Shown in pieces: positions 33,289-42,194 of a stretch of 64,000 nucleotides of DNA. This stretch comes from Congregibacter sp. (GTDB taxonomy: Bacteria; Pseudomonadota; Gammaproteobacteria; Pseudomonadales; Halieaceae). A program made the position numbers and the translations under genes. Below the pieces are notes generated by a model. It had not been told where the DNA came from. It saw nothing but the letters and a program-made list of their open reading frames with translations, and searched no databases. The DNA lies in contig JBGCDU010000015.1 of the NCBI GenBank assembly GCA_045105635.1, positions 8,695-72,694 of the forward strand, in the 5' to 3' direction. Position 1 is the stretch's first letter. Each line of letters begins with the position of its first letter.

Positions 33289-34581
33289 ATGCCCGCAAAC
33301 GCACCGCGAATCCAAATGCTGCTCACCGGCGATGAGCTGATGAGCGGCGATACCGTGGACTCGAACTCTGCCATGATTGCGCGCGATCTCAACGGCATCG
33401 GTCTGCAGCCGCTGCGTCGAGTCACGCTCGGGGATGAACCCGAGGCGCTCGGCAATGAGCTTCGCGAGCTTTGCGCCAACAGCGATGCACTGCTTGTGAA
33501 CGGGGGTCTGGGCCCGACTATTGACGACCTGACCGCGGGAATACTCGCGCAGGTTTCGGGCCAGCCCCTCGCGGAGCACCCGAAGGCATTCGCGCATCTC
33601 GACGAGTGGTGTTCACGTCGTGGGCTGGCTCTCAATCAGGCCAACCGCAAACAGGCGCAGCTGCCAGCGAACTGCGACATTATCGCCAACCCGGTGGGCA
33701 GCGCGGTGGGGATAGCGATGGAGATCAACGGCTGTCTCGTGCTGTGCTCCCCCGGCGTACCTGGAGAGTTACGCGCGATGCTGCCCGAGATGATGCAGCG
33801 ACTACAGCAGCGCTTTGGCATCACAGTGCAACGAGACGTACTTCGCCTGCAGACGTTTGGCATCGGTGAGTCCACCGTGCAACAAATGGTCATCGATCAA
33901 TACCCCAACTGGCCGGAAGAGGTCGCCCTGAGTTTTCGAGCCGGAGCTCCGCAGCTGGAACTCAAGCTCAGTGTCAACGACGCACAGCACCTCCCCCTGC
34001 GCGACGCCTGCCGTGCAAAGCTGGAGTGCTTGTTTGGCGATCACATCATCGGCGAGGCGGACAGCAAACTCGCGGGAGCGCTCATCAGAGCAGCTCGCGC
34101 TGCGGGCAAAACAATCAGCTGTGCCGAATCCTGCACCGGCGGCATGATCGCATCGATGATCACGCAGATACCCGGCTCATCAGAGGTGTTTCCCGGAGGC
34201 TTTGTCACCTACTCCAATGCGCTTAAACATCAGGTATTGGGCGTTAGTCAGCAAACTCTTGAGTCGCATGGCGCAGTGAGCGAACACACGGTGCGCGAAA
34301 TGGTCAGCGGAGCGCTGCGCATCTCCGGATCCGATCTCGCCGTAGCGGTATCTGGCATTGCTGGCCCCGGAGGTGGCAGTGATGAGAAACCGGTGGGGAC
34401 AGTCTGGCTAGCCTGGGGCGATGCGAGCAATATGAATAGCGCATGTCTTTGCTGGCCGGTCGAGCGTAGCTTGTTTCAGACCATGGTGGCAGCCGCGGCA
34501 ATAGATGTGCTTCGGCGACAAATTATGGGGCTGGAAAAGGAAGCCCAGTATTTTTATCAGCGCCGAGCACGATCAAGCTAA
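33289..34581 (+). CDS. cinA: CinA family protein (MoCF-like domain + NMN deamidase PncC domain)
   Basis: TGDELMSG, NGGLGPTIDDLT, PGVPGE, AESCTGG, VTYSN, GAVS, SGIAGPGGG. Confidence 0.93.
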   Translation: MPANAPRIQMLLTGDELMSGDTVDSNSAMIARDLNGIGLQPLRRVTLGDEPEALGNELRELCANSDALLVNGGLGPTIDDLTAGILAQVSGQPLAEHPKAFAHLDEWCSRRGLALNQANRKQAQLPANCDIIANPVGSAVGIAMEINGCLVLCSPGVPGELRAMLPEMMQRLQQRFGITVQRDVLRLQTFGIGESTVQQMVIDQYPNWPEEVALSFRAGAPQLELKLSVNDAQHLPLRDACRAKLECLFGDHIIGEADSKLAGALIRAARAAGKTISCAESCTGGMIASMITQIPGSSEVFPGGFVTYSNALKHQVLGVSQQTLESHGAVSEHTVREMVSGALRISGSDLAVAVSGIAGPGGGSDEKPVGTVWLAWGDASNMNSACLCWPVERSLFQTMVAAAAIDVLRRQIMGLEKEAQYFYQRRARSS

Positions 34582-34841
34582 CTCACAGCTCGGCCTCATA
34601 AATAGTGAGCATTGGGTCACACTTCCGGCAGTTTTTCCTTTACAGCCCTAGTGCGAGCGGATAAGAGAAAATATTGCCAAGCGCTGTGCCGCTGTGCAGC
34701 GCGTTTTCAAGCGCGCGCTGGAGCATTGCCATGGCCTATCTTCGAGACCACACGAAAGCACTCCCGTGTTGCTCTACCCACGTCGATGCTGACCATATGT
34801 AGGTCTGAACATGACGCAAGCTAGCAAGGGCGTTATCAACA

Positions 34842-36782
34842 GTGCAGAAAAGCGTGAATTTTGTTGTGGGATGCCCGCGATCAGGCACGACTCTGCTTTC
34901 GACACTCCTGGGTCGGCACAGCAAAATCTCCGTTCCTGCGGAAACACACTTTGCTGACCAACTGCTACCCGACGAGCATCAAAAGCTGGAGGTTTCTCAC
35001 GACTATATCTGGGACAGCATCAACCACAATGCCTATCTAGAGGACCTTGAACTTGAGGCTGCTCAGGTCGAAGCGCGCTTCAGGCTAGACAAACCCAGTT
35101 TTCGCGGACTGTTCTTCGCCTACCTTGATGCTTTTGCCGATCGTGAGCAAAAAGCAATGGTCGTCGAGAAAACACCAGACCATCTTTACTATTTTGAAAC
35201 GCTGGCAGACTGGTTCCCCGAAGCGAAGTTTATCGTTCTGGTTCGAGATGGCCGAGCGGTCAGCAACTCCTTGACCAAAGTGCCCTGGGCCAGCGACGAT
35301 CTCCTGCATAATATGCGCGTTTGGCGATCCGCGGCGAAGAAAACCTTACAGATTGCGCACGACAAACAGCGCGTGCGCATTCTTCGCTACGAAGATCTGA
35401 TTCAGGACCCTCGTAAACATTTAGGCTCCGTCATGCGTTTTTTGGGCATGGATCTGGAGGAAGCGCAGTTCGATTCCCAAATCAAAGTGAACAATGTTGC
35501 AGAAAGGGAACGGCCCTGGAAATCTCTCGCCAGCGCCGCGCCGGACCTGAGCCGCAGGGACGCCTGGCGTAGCGAGATGACGCCCGCGGACCAAGACCGC
35601 TGCACAAGCTTGGCGGCAAATCAGCTCTGGAAGCTCGATTACCCGGTTCCCGGAGGTTCTGCACGGCAGTTTGTGCGCGCAAAGATCGAGACCGCCCGTT
35701 ACAGATGGCAGCAATCCGACAGCGAACGTCAAATGAGGCGAAAGCAGGCCTATAATGCGCGGCACCTCAAACCAGAGATCCTTGACGGCACATTCATCAA
35801 TAGCCTTAGGTCGCATGCGCTCAGCCTGAACGACAACATCAAACGCAGTGTTACAAACTGCGCACTGATCGCTCACGAAGACGGCTATCTCGGCATATTC
35901 AAAAGCAGCAACTTCGACTACCGCAGCCACGACATCGGCATCGCGTTGCCGCGACGCGTGGGACGCGTGGAGCAGTCGCTGTTTGAGGTAGAGCTAGATC
36001 GTAATTTGCAAGCCCTTCGGGTAGCGAAGATCAGCGTTAGCGTGGATGGCGCGGAGCTCAGCAAGCCTGACACCTTGCTGGAGGACCCGCGCTTACTCAA
36101 GAGGGACAAAGCCATCATGGGAACCATCAACTACATCCCTGATGGCGATCAGTCTCAGGCTAGCGTTCTCTTTTGCGAATACTTTCCCAAGGAGAAAGAA
36201 CTGCACTGCTTCAGCCTGGAGGGGCTTGAACCGCAAGCACCACAAAAAAACTGGGTGCCCGTGGATTGCAAGGGCGAACTACTTGTGCAGTTAGACATTC
36301 ATCCGTTCACTACAGCCCGCATTGATGCCCATGAGCGTAGGGTTCTGGAGGTTAAGACTAACGACGTCAGGGGTGTTCGCGAGCCTGAACTACACGGACT
36401 GCAAAGATTAAGCGGCGGCACACCCCTCATCGAACGTAACGGACAGATCCTGGGGGTCGGACATGGCTTTTTACTCGAGAACAGGCGTCGCATGTACTAC
36501 TCATTCTTCTATGCGGTGGATATCGAAGAGGATCACGCCCTGCGTGCAATCAGCCCCTATTTCAAGCTTCCCGACATGGTGCCGGTACAATTTGTCACAG
36601 GCTGGGTTCTCGATGCAGACACCGATGATTTTGTACTTTCTTACGGGGTTGCAGACTGCGACAACTATTTTTTCCGCTTTAGCGGAAATACACTTGACGC
36701 ACTCCTGAAGCACGAAAATGCCCAGGTGTTTCCTGCGCATAGTGGCGGGATCCGAGACTCAGGAGCGAGGCGTCGCGCGTGA
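34842..36782 (+). CDS. Fusion of a PAPS-dependent sulfotransferase and a GH130/GT91-like five-bladed beta-propeller
   Basis: N-half: VGCPRSGTTLL, EKTPDH, VRDGRAVSNS, LRYEDL. C-half: EDPRL, QKNWVP, SGGTP, GVGHG, VQFVTG, SYGVAD. Confidence 0.75.
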   Translation: MQKSVNFVVGCPRSGTTLLSTLLGRHSKISVPAETHFADQLLPDEHQKLEVSHDYIWDSINHNAYLEDLELEAAQVEARFRLDKPSFRGLFFAYLDAFADREQKAMVVEKTPDHLYYFETLADWFPEAKFIVLVRDGRAVSNSLTKVPWASDDLLHNMRVWRSAAKKTLQIAHDKQRVRILRYEDLIQDPRKHLGSVMRFLGMDLEEAQFDSQIKVNNVAERERPWKSLASAAPDLSRRDAWRSEMTPADQDRCTSLAANQLWKLDYPVPGGSARQFVRAKIETARYRWQQSDSERQMRRKQAYNARHLKPEILDGTFINSLRSHALSLNDNIKRSVTNCALIAHEDGYLGIFKSSNFDYRSHDIGIALPRRVGRVEQSLFEVELDRNLQALRVAKISVSVDGAELSKPDTLLEDPRLLKRDKAIMGTINYIPDGDQSQASVLFCEYFPKEKELHCFSLEGLEPQAPQKNWVPVDCKGELLVQLDIHPFTTARIDAHERRVLEVKTNDVRGVREPELHGLQRLSGGTPLIERNGQILGVGHGFLLENRRRMYYSFFYAVDIEEDHALRAISPYFKLPDMVPVQFVTGWVLDADTDDFVLSYGVADCDNYFFRFSGNTLDALLKHENAQVFPAHSGGIRDSGARRRA

Positions 36783-37546
36783 GCAAAAACAAAAGGCGAT
36801 TGCTGAAAATCTATGGGGAACGCAACTCCAATACAAATCATTTGTCGGTGCTACTGAGGAAAAACTGCGGGCGGGTACTACTCCCCGGTACCGCACCAAG
36901 CTATTTGCAGTGGGATGGGACGCTGGAGCCTGTATCGGAGGTACTCAGGGACAGCTTTTTCTTTCTCAACAACGCCCGGAATCTCGGGTGGAAACATAAG
37001 CTGCCCCCACCGACTAGTAGCTTCCATCGCTTTGAAGCCCGCTTCAACTGTGAACTGACTGTGATAACCCTGAGCAAAAACCCCTATGCCTGGCTGCTGT
37101 CTCTATACCGTAAGCCTTACCACCTGAAGGTAAAATCGCACCAGACTTTTGAAGAATTTCTGTCGCAAGCGTATACACCTATGCGACGCGAGGGACTGAA
37201 GACCAACTTTGTTTCTATTCCTGAGCTGTGGAACATCAAAAACCGGGGCTATAGTGAGATGGCATTCAGTCGATCCATAAACATCACGTCGGAAGACATT
37301 CTCAGGGACCAGAAATCGGTAGTGAGCAGAATCTGCGCGCTATCAAAAATCCCTCTTAAATCTGCACAGATAACAGAGCATCTTGTCTCGACGAATGACG
37401 CCTCTAAGGACACAGCAAGCTACCGCGACTATTACCTCAACGAGCATTGGAAAAAACAGATCAGCTCCGACGCTGCGCAGCTGATCAATAAACAACTCGA
37501 CCTTCACTTACTTGAGAAACTCGGATATGAGATCTATGAACCCTGA
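36779..37546 (+). CDS. Divergent sulfotransferase-fold protein
   Basis: IYGERNSNTNHL (5'-PSB-like loop), GWKH, KNPYAWLLSLY (3'-PB-like), SEDIL, LLEKLGY. GTGA overlap with the upstream stop. Confidence 0.6.
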   Translation: MSKNKRRLLKIYGERNSNTNHLSVLLRKNCGRVLLPGTAPSYLQWDGTLEPVSEVLRDSFFFLNNARNLGWKHKLPPPTSSFHRFEARFNCELTVITLSKNPYAWLLSLYRKPYHLKVKSHQTFEEFLSQAYTPMRREGLKTNFVSIPELWNIKNRGYSEMAFSRSINITSEDILRDQKSVVSRICALSKIPLKSAQITEHLVSTNDASKDTASYRDYYLNEHWKKQISSDAAQLINKQLDLHLLEKLGYEIYEP

Positions 37547-37552
37547 CACTGA

Positions 37553-38635
37553 TTGCCGTCAAGAGAAGTCGCAATGCCCGTCAAACCGGTTGAGCGCACC
37601 GAGTCGGAACTTGCATGCCCCGGTCGCATTGTCGCTCAGGATTATGTGATGAGTTTTGTGTTTATTCTTCCTGTCCTGCACCCGCAGAAAGACTCCGTAA
37701 GCAATTATCGCCACGTAGAGATAGCGCTGAAGACCACGCTGGATTCGCTCAAACAGCAAACCTACGACGACATTCAAATCATCGTGGTGTGCTGCCAGGT
37801 GCCTGACTGGAGCGCGACGGCCGGTGAGAACGTGCACTTCCTCGACGTGTCTGGCGCTGAGGCGTTTGCCGCGAACCGGAACCATTATCGCGTCGATATA
37901 GGTATGAAGTTCGTGTTGGGGGCTTTGTATGCCTTCGAGCATTTCCAGTGCAAGCTCATTATGCGCGCAGATGCCGATGACTATGTTGATATTCGGGTCG
38001 CGGATTACTGTGTTGCGTCCATGAGCAAGCAGTTAACAAATCCCGAAATCGACGGCTACATTATCAACAAAGGCCTGCAGGTAGAAGTGAATCTGTCGCC
38101 CACCGAGGACTTTGGTTTCCAGCGCGCCTACCTGGTCAAGCGATTTAACCTTTCCTGTGGTACCTGTCGCATTTTCAAACATGAGAGCTTGAAGAGGGAA
38201 ATTCTGAAAATAGACACCGCGATCCTGACGCGTTCGACGCACTGGCGCAGCGAAGCGCAGCGCAATGTAGTTCACGTACCGAACGAACTCAGCAAGTGGC
38301 TGGACGACACTTGCAAAGCAGATTACTCGGCAGACTGGCATCCGATCAATGTGCTGGGGCGGCATATCGAGCAGAAGAAACACTTCCGATTTATTCCGCT
38401 ACCACAGCTCGGCGCAGCGAAAGGCTGTGGTCACGGCAATCACGTCGGCGTGCTCGAGGGTAGACTGCACGAGGACAAAATCATTGGGCGCATACCCGTG
38501 AGCCTGTTCAAAGCAAACTTCGGTATCAGCGGCAAGCGAGCACCGGGGCTTGGAAAACTGGCCGACTTTCTGTTTAAACTATCGTTCCATTTCAGTCGCC
38601 TGTCCAAACGTTTAACACGCCGCCGCGAAGACTGA
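37553..38635 (+). CDS. GT-A fold (GT2-like) glycosyltransferase
   Basis: FILPV...TLDSLKQQTYDDIQIIVV, DxD motif IMRADADDY. Start may be 37574 or 37649. Confidence 0.65.
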   Translation: MPSREVAMPVKPVERTESELACPGRIVAQDYVMSFVFILPVLHPQKDSVSNYRHVEIALKTTLDSLKQQTYDDIQIIVVCCQVPDWSATAGENVHFLDVSGAEAFAANRNHYRVDIGMKFVLGALYAFEHFQCKLIMRADADDYVDIRVADYCVASMSKQLTNPEIDGYIINKGLQVEVNLSPTEDFGFQRAYLVKRFNLSCGTCRIFKHESLKREILKIDTAILTRSTHWRSEAQRNVVHVPNELSKWLDDTCKADYSADWHPINVLGRHIEQKKHFRFIPLPQLGAAKGCGHGNHVGVLEGRLHEDKIIGRIPVSLFKANFGISGKRAPGLGKLADFLFKLSFHFSRLSKRLTRRRED

Positions 38636-38714
38636 TTGAACGTTTGTTCCCAAGGCTCATGCGCTGGCAAGGCGCGGGCTATACACAGGTGGATGATAGC
38701 CAGCTCAGTCTGCC

Positions 38715-39173
38715 CTACTTCGACCTGCCCTCGCGGGCATATCGCTGCCATAGCAAGCGATGGGTGCGAACAACCGCACCGGCTTGCTCCTCGCCCGCCA
38801 AGGTAAGTCTCCCAGCGTCAAGCGTTGCGGTCCTCCGCTGCTCGGTGCCAACAAAATTGGGGTTAAGGCTTTGCGTCACCGAATGCGTCACCACACCTTC
38901 GTCAATGTGATAGCGCGCTGAGTATTGGAAATAGCTGAGATAGGCCTCCGCCAGCAACGACTTATCTACTTTTCTGAATGCCACGCCAGTCGGCAGTAGC
39001 GCTCGCTCACATCGGTTGATCGCGGCTGTCATCCAGCCATCGTCGGTGTACACAATCATCCCCGTAGGATCGTCACCGAAGGGCAGCGTCACCTCATCGC
39101 GATCCGAGTAGCTAATCGTCCAGGACTGCAAATGCCAGGCACCGAGCAGGTCGGTCTTTTGGATCATGGTCAA
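38715..39173 (-). CDS. Lipocalin-like domain protein (Lipocalin_5-like)
   Basis: LLGAWHLQSW, PFGDDPTGMIVYTDDGWM, Y.G/RY, PNFVGTEQRR, LLWQR. Confidence 0.85.
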   Translation of the reverse strand: MTMIQKTDLLGAWHLQSWTISYSDRDEVTLPFGDDPTGMIVYTDDGWMTAAINRCERALLPTGVAFRKVDKSLLAEAYLSYFQYSARYHIDEGVVTHSVTQSLNPNFVGTEQRRTATLDAGRLTLAGEEQAGAVVRTHRLLWQRYAREGRSK

Positions 39174-39234
39174 TATCTCATCTCACTTTGCACTTTGATT
39201 GTGGCGCAATGCTGCGCCAGTGTGAGCAAAAATC

Positions 39235-39879
39235 CTAGGGCTGCAACTGTGTCACCTGCCACGCCCCGTTGGCGTCCAGCGAATAGCGAAAGCGATCGTG
39301 TAGTCGATGCGCCCCTCCCTGCCAGTACTCAATCCGCTCTGGCTCGACACAATAGCCACCCCAGAAATCAGGCATTGGCACTTCGTCGTCGGCAAACTTC
39401 TCCCTGAGTTTGCGCACCTGCTCCTCAAGGACTGCGCGCTTGGCGATAGGACGGCTCTGACGTGAAGCCCAGGCGGCAATCTGACTTTCCCGCGGGCGGG
39501 AAAAAAAGTAGCTGGCAGATTCTGCCTGGCTGAGTTTCTCAGCGCGACCGCCTACGATCACCTGTCGATCCAACTCATTCCAGGGAAAGTGCAGCGAGAC
39601 CCTCGGGTTGGCGGCAATGGCCTGAGCCTTATCACTGCTGTGGTTGGTATAAAATACAAAGCCCGCATCAGAGAATCCCTTGAGCAGCACAAACCGCTGC
39701 CATGGATTCCCTGCTTCGTCGATGGTACACAACGCCATGGCGGTTGGGTCGGAAAGACCCGCGTCTACCGCTTGCTCGAGCCAACGCTCAAACTGGCGAA
39801 TCGGCGACGCATCGAGATCTTCGCTGCGCAGACCGCCCTGCGTGTATTCGCGCCGGTAACCCTCGTAGTTGTCGCTCAT
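39235..39879 (-). CDS. pdxH: Pyridoxamine 5'-phosphate oxidase
   Basis: RFVLLK, FYTNHSSDKA, YFFSRPRESQIAAWASRQS, WGGY, EYWQG...RLHDR. Confidence 0.97.
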   Translation of the reverse strand: MSDNYEGYRREYTQGGLRSEDLDASPIRQFERWLEQAVDAGLSDPTAMALCTIDEAGNPWQRFVLLKGFSDAGFVFYTNHSSDKAQAIAANPRVSLHFPWNELDRQVIVGGRAEKLSQAESASYFFSRPRESQIAAWASRQSRPIAKRAVLEEQVRKLREKFADDEVPMPDFWGGYCVEPERIEYWQGGAHRLHDRFRYSLDANGAWQVTQLQP

Positions 39880-39913
39880 GCTGTTGCCTTTGTCTCTAGG
39901 GCGCCGAGTATAG

Positions 39914-40213
39914 TCAATCAGCCGCAGACGGCGTTACCGGCGCGCGGCACATGCTCGCGGGTATTTGCGGAAATGGGTATCTCAGCTGCCAATCCCTGCC
40001 AAACCGGGCACCCAGCGACTCGCCAGTGATCGAGCTGTGTACCTGGTCCATCAGTGCATGCAGGTCCTCAGACGTGGATGACTCAAGCAACACTGCGGCC
40101 TCCAGAAGGCCCTCCAGACGCAACAGCAAGGCGGGAGGAGCGTCGTTGCCCTCTTCCAGACGCAGGTAAAGTCCTTGCAGACGCCGCTCTATTTCCTCGT
40201 GTAATGCGTTCAC
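39914..40213 (-). CDS. Small hypothetical protein
   Basis: 99 aa, helical composition, co-oriented directly upstream of pdxH. Confidence 0.6.
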   Translation of the reverse strand: MNALHEEIERRLQGLYLRLEEGNDAPPALLLRLEGLLEAAVLLESSTSEDLHALMDQVHSSITGESLGARFGRDWQLRYPFPQIPASMCRAPVTPSAAD

Positions 40214-40339
40214 TCGTACTCCTTTAGCTGTGGCAAACGCTTGCTTTGCTGCATGTCGCTACCTCGGATTCCGCGCGTGGCTTTAGCATTGGCGGCTCTC
40301 AGGGTAGAGTCTGCCATCCCAGCCACAGGAGAACCACGC

Positions 40340-42097
40340 ATGTTCGGCGAAAACCGCGTCTTTGCCACGCTACTGGCTTTTGCCATAACGCTGGCACCAC
40401 TACTGAACGCGCCAGCGCTGGCACAGAGCACCAGCGCGGAAAAAATGCCCATTATTGACTACCAGTATCGGTTTGTTCCCGCTGTGGGTCAGCGTGCGAT
40501 GGTGGTGGGTCCCGAGCGACTCGCCACCGAGATTGGTCTCGAGATTCTGCGCAGCGGCGGCAACGCCATCGACGCCGCAGTGGCCGCAGGCTTTGCCCTT
40601 GCAGTGAGCTACCCGCGTGCCGGGAATCTGGCGGGGGGCGGCTTTATGCTCATTCATCTCGCCAAAGAGCAAAGACAAACCCTGATCGACTACCGCGAAA
40701 CCGCGCCCGAGACTGCGATGCGCGATCTATTCCTTAAAGAGAATGGCAGCATCGACCGGATGAAGGAGTTTTTCAGCCACGCGTCCGCGGGCGTCCCCGG
40801 GACTGTCGATGGACTACTGCTCGCACTCGATCGCTACGGTACGATGACCCGCGAGCAGGTCCTTGCACCGGCTATCCGACTGGCAGAAAAAGGCTTCCCG
40901 GTATCCTTCGCACTGCACTATGAACTGGATCGGCGCGCAGAACGCCTGGGTATGAACCCTGAAGCCAAGCGGCTGTTTCTGGACACCGACGGCTCGGCAC
41001 CCGTAATCGGTGCAGAGTTCCGCCAAAAGGACCTGGCGTGGACCCTTCGAAAGATCGCCGAACAGGGTCGCGACGGCTTCTATAAGGGCGAGGTCGCACA
41101 ACGCATTGTGGCTGAAATGCAGCGGGGCAATGGACTCATAAGCCTGGGGGACCTCGCCCGCTACAAAGCTCTTGAGCGCGAACCCGTGCGCGGTGTTTTT
41201 CGTGATTTCGAGGTGGTTGCCACGCCTCCACCGTCCTCCGGAGGCATTCATATCATCCAGATGCTGAACATTCTTGAGAACTATGATTTGCAAGCCATGG
41301 GTCACAATAGCGCAGACTACCTGCACGTACTCGTCGAGAGCATGAAGCGCGCCTATGCGGATCGCAGCGAGTATCTTGGTGATCCGGATTTTGTGGACGT
41401 ACCAACGGCCAAACTCCTGGACAAAAAGTACGCCGCGCGACTGGCCGCCGGCATTGATATGACCGTCGCCACTCCATCCAGCGATATCCAGCCGGGCCTG
41501 CTCCTGCACGAAGAAGGTTCAGACACTACGCATTACACCGTCGTCGATCCGTTCGGCAATGTGGTCTCCAATACGTACACCTTGAACTTCAGCTTTGGCT
41601 CGCATGTGGCCGTACCCGGCACGGGTATGCTGCTAAACAATGAAATGGCCGACTTCGCGGCACAGCCGGGTCTAGCCAACGCCTATGGCCTCATGCAGGG
41701 CGAGGCAAATGCCATCGAGCCGAGCAAGCGACCGCTGTCTTCAATGACGCCGACGATGGTGCTGCGCGAAGGTAAGCCCTGGCTGGCGACAGGGTCGCCC
41801 GGTGGCAGCGTCATCATCACCACGGTGCTACAACTGTTGTTGAATGCCATGGAATTCGATATGAATGTGTCCACCGCCGCTGCCGTCGCCAGATTGCATC
41901 ATCAGTGGATGCCTGATCAGGTGCGCGCGGAGCAAGGTATCAGCCCGGATACACTGCGCTTGTTGCGCGCGCGCGGACACAAGATTGAAGTGGGTAAACG
42001 CACGCTGGGACGCACTCAGTCCGTGATGCTGGAAAACGGCTATATTTATGGGGCCACGGACAGCCGACGACCCGGTGGGTGGGTAGCTGCGTACTAA
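40340..42097 (+). CDS. ggt: Gamma-glutamyltransferase (exported)
   Basis: GGNAIDAAVA, GNLAGGGF, IDYRETAP, GVPGTV, PPPSSGG, nucleophile DTTHYTVVD, NNEMADF, KRPLSSMTP, GSPGG. RBS caggag before ATG 40340. Confidence 0.96.
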   Translation: MFGENRVFATLLAFAITLAPLLNAPALAQSTSAEKMPIIDYQYRFVPAVGQRAMVVGPERLATEIGLEILRSGGNAIDAAVAAGFALAVSYPRAGNLAGGGFMLIHLAKEQRQTLIDYRETAPETAMRDLFLKENGSIDRMKEFFSHASAGVPGTVDGLLLALDRYGTMTREQVLAPAIRLAEKGFPVSFALHYELDRRAERLGMNPEAKRLFLDTDGSAPVIGAEFRQKDLAWTLRKIAEQGRDGFYKGEVAQRIVAEMQRGNGLISLGDLARYKALEREPVRGVFRDFEVVATPPPSSGGIHIIQMLNILENYDLQAMGHNSADYLHVLVESMKRAYADRSEYLGDPDFVDVPTAKLLDKKYAARLAAGIDMTVATPSSDIQPGLLLHEEGSDTTHYTVVDPFGNVVSNTYTLNFSFGSHVAVPGTGMLLNNEMADFAAQPGLANAYGLMQGEANAIEPSKRPLSSMTPTMVLREGKPWLATGSPGGSVIITTVLQLLLNAMEFDMNVSTAAAVARLHHQWMPDQVRAEQGISPDTLRLLRARGHKIEVGKRTLGRTQSVMLENGYIYGATDSRRPGGWVAAY

Positions 42098-42194
42098 ATC
42101 TGAATGACAGCGATTAACTAAGCCGGGGATGCGTGGCATACGTTTGACGTAACATGGGACAGCGCGCATTGCCGAGCGCGTTACACGGTGCAAA

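Noticed and set aside
34581-38715. Mobile element or genomic island boundaries around the sulfotransferase islet
   Set aside because: I found no integrase, transposase, tRNA target or flanking direct repeats; only the GC shift supports foreign origin.
42134-42148. Sigma-54 promoter (TGGCAT...TTGAC) upstream of the motor operon
   Set aside because: The -12 element is off by one and reads GA rather than GC; sigma-54 spacing is strict.
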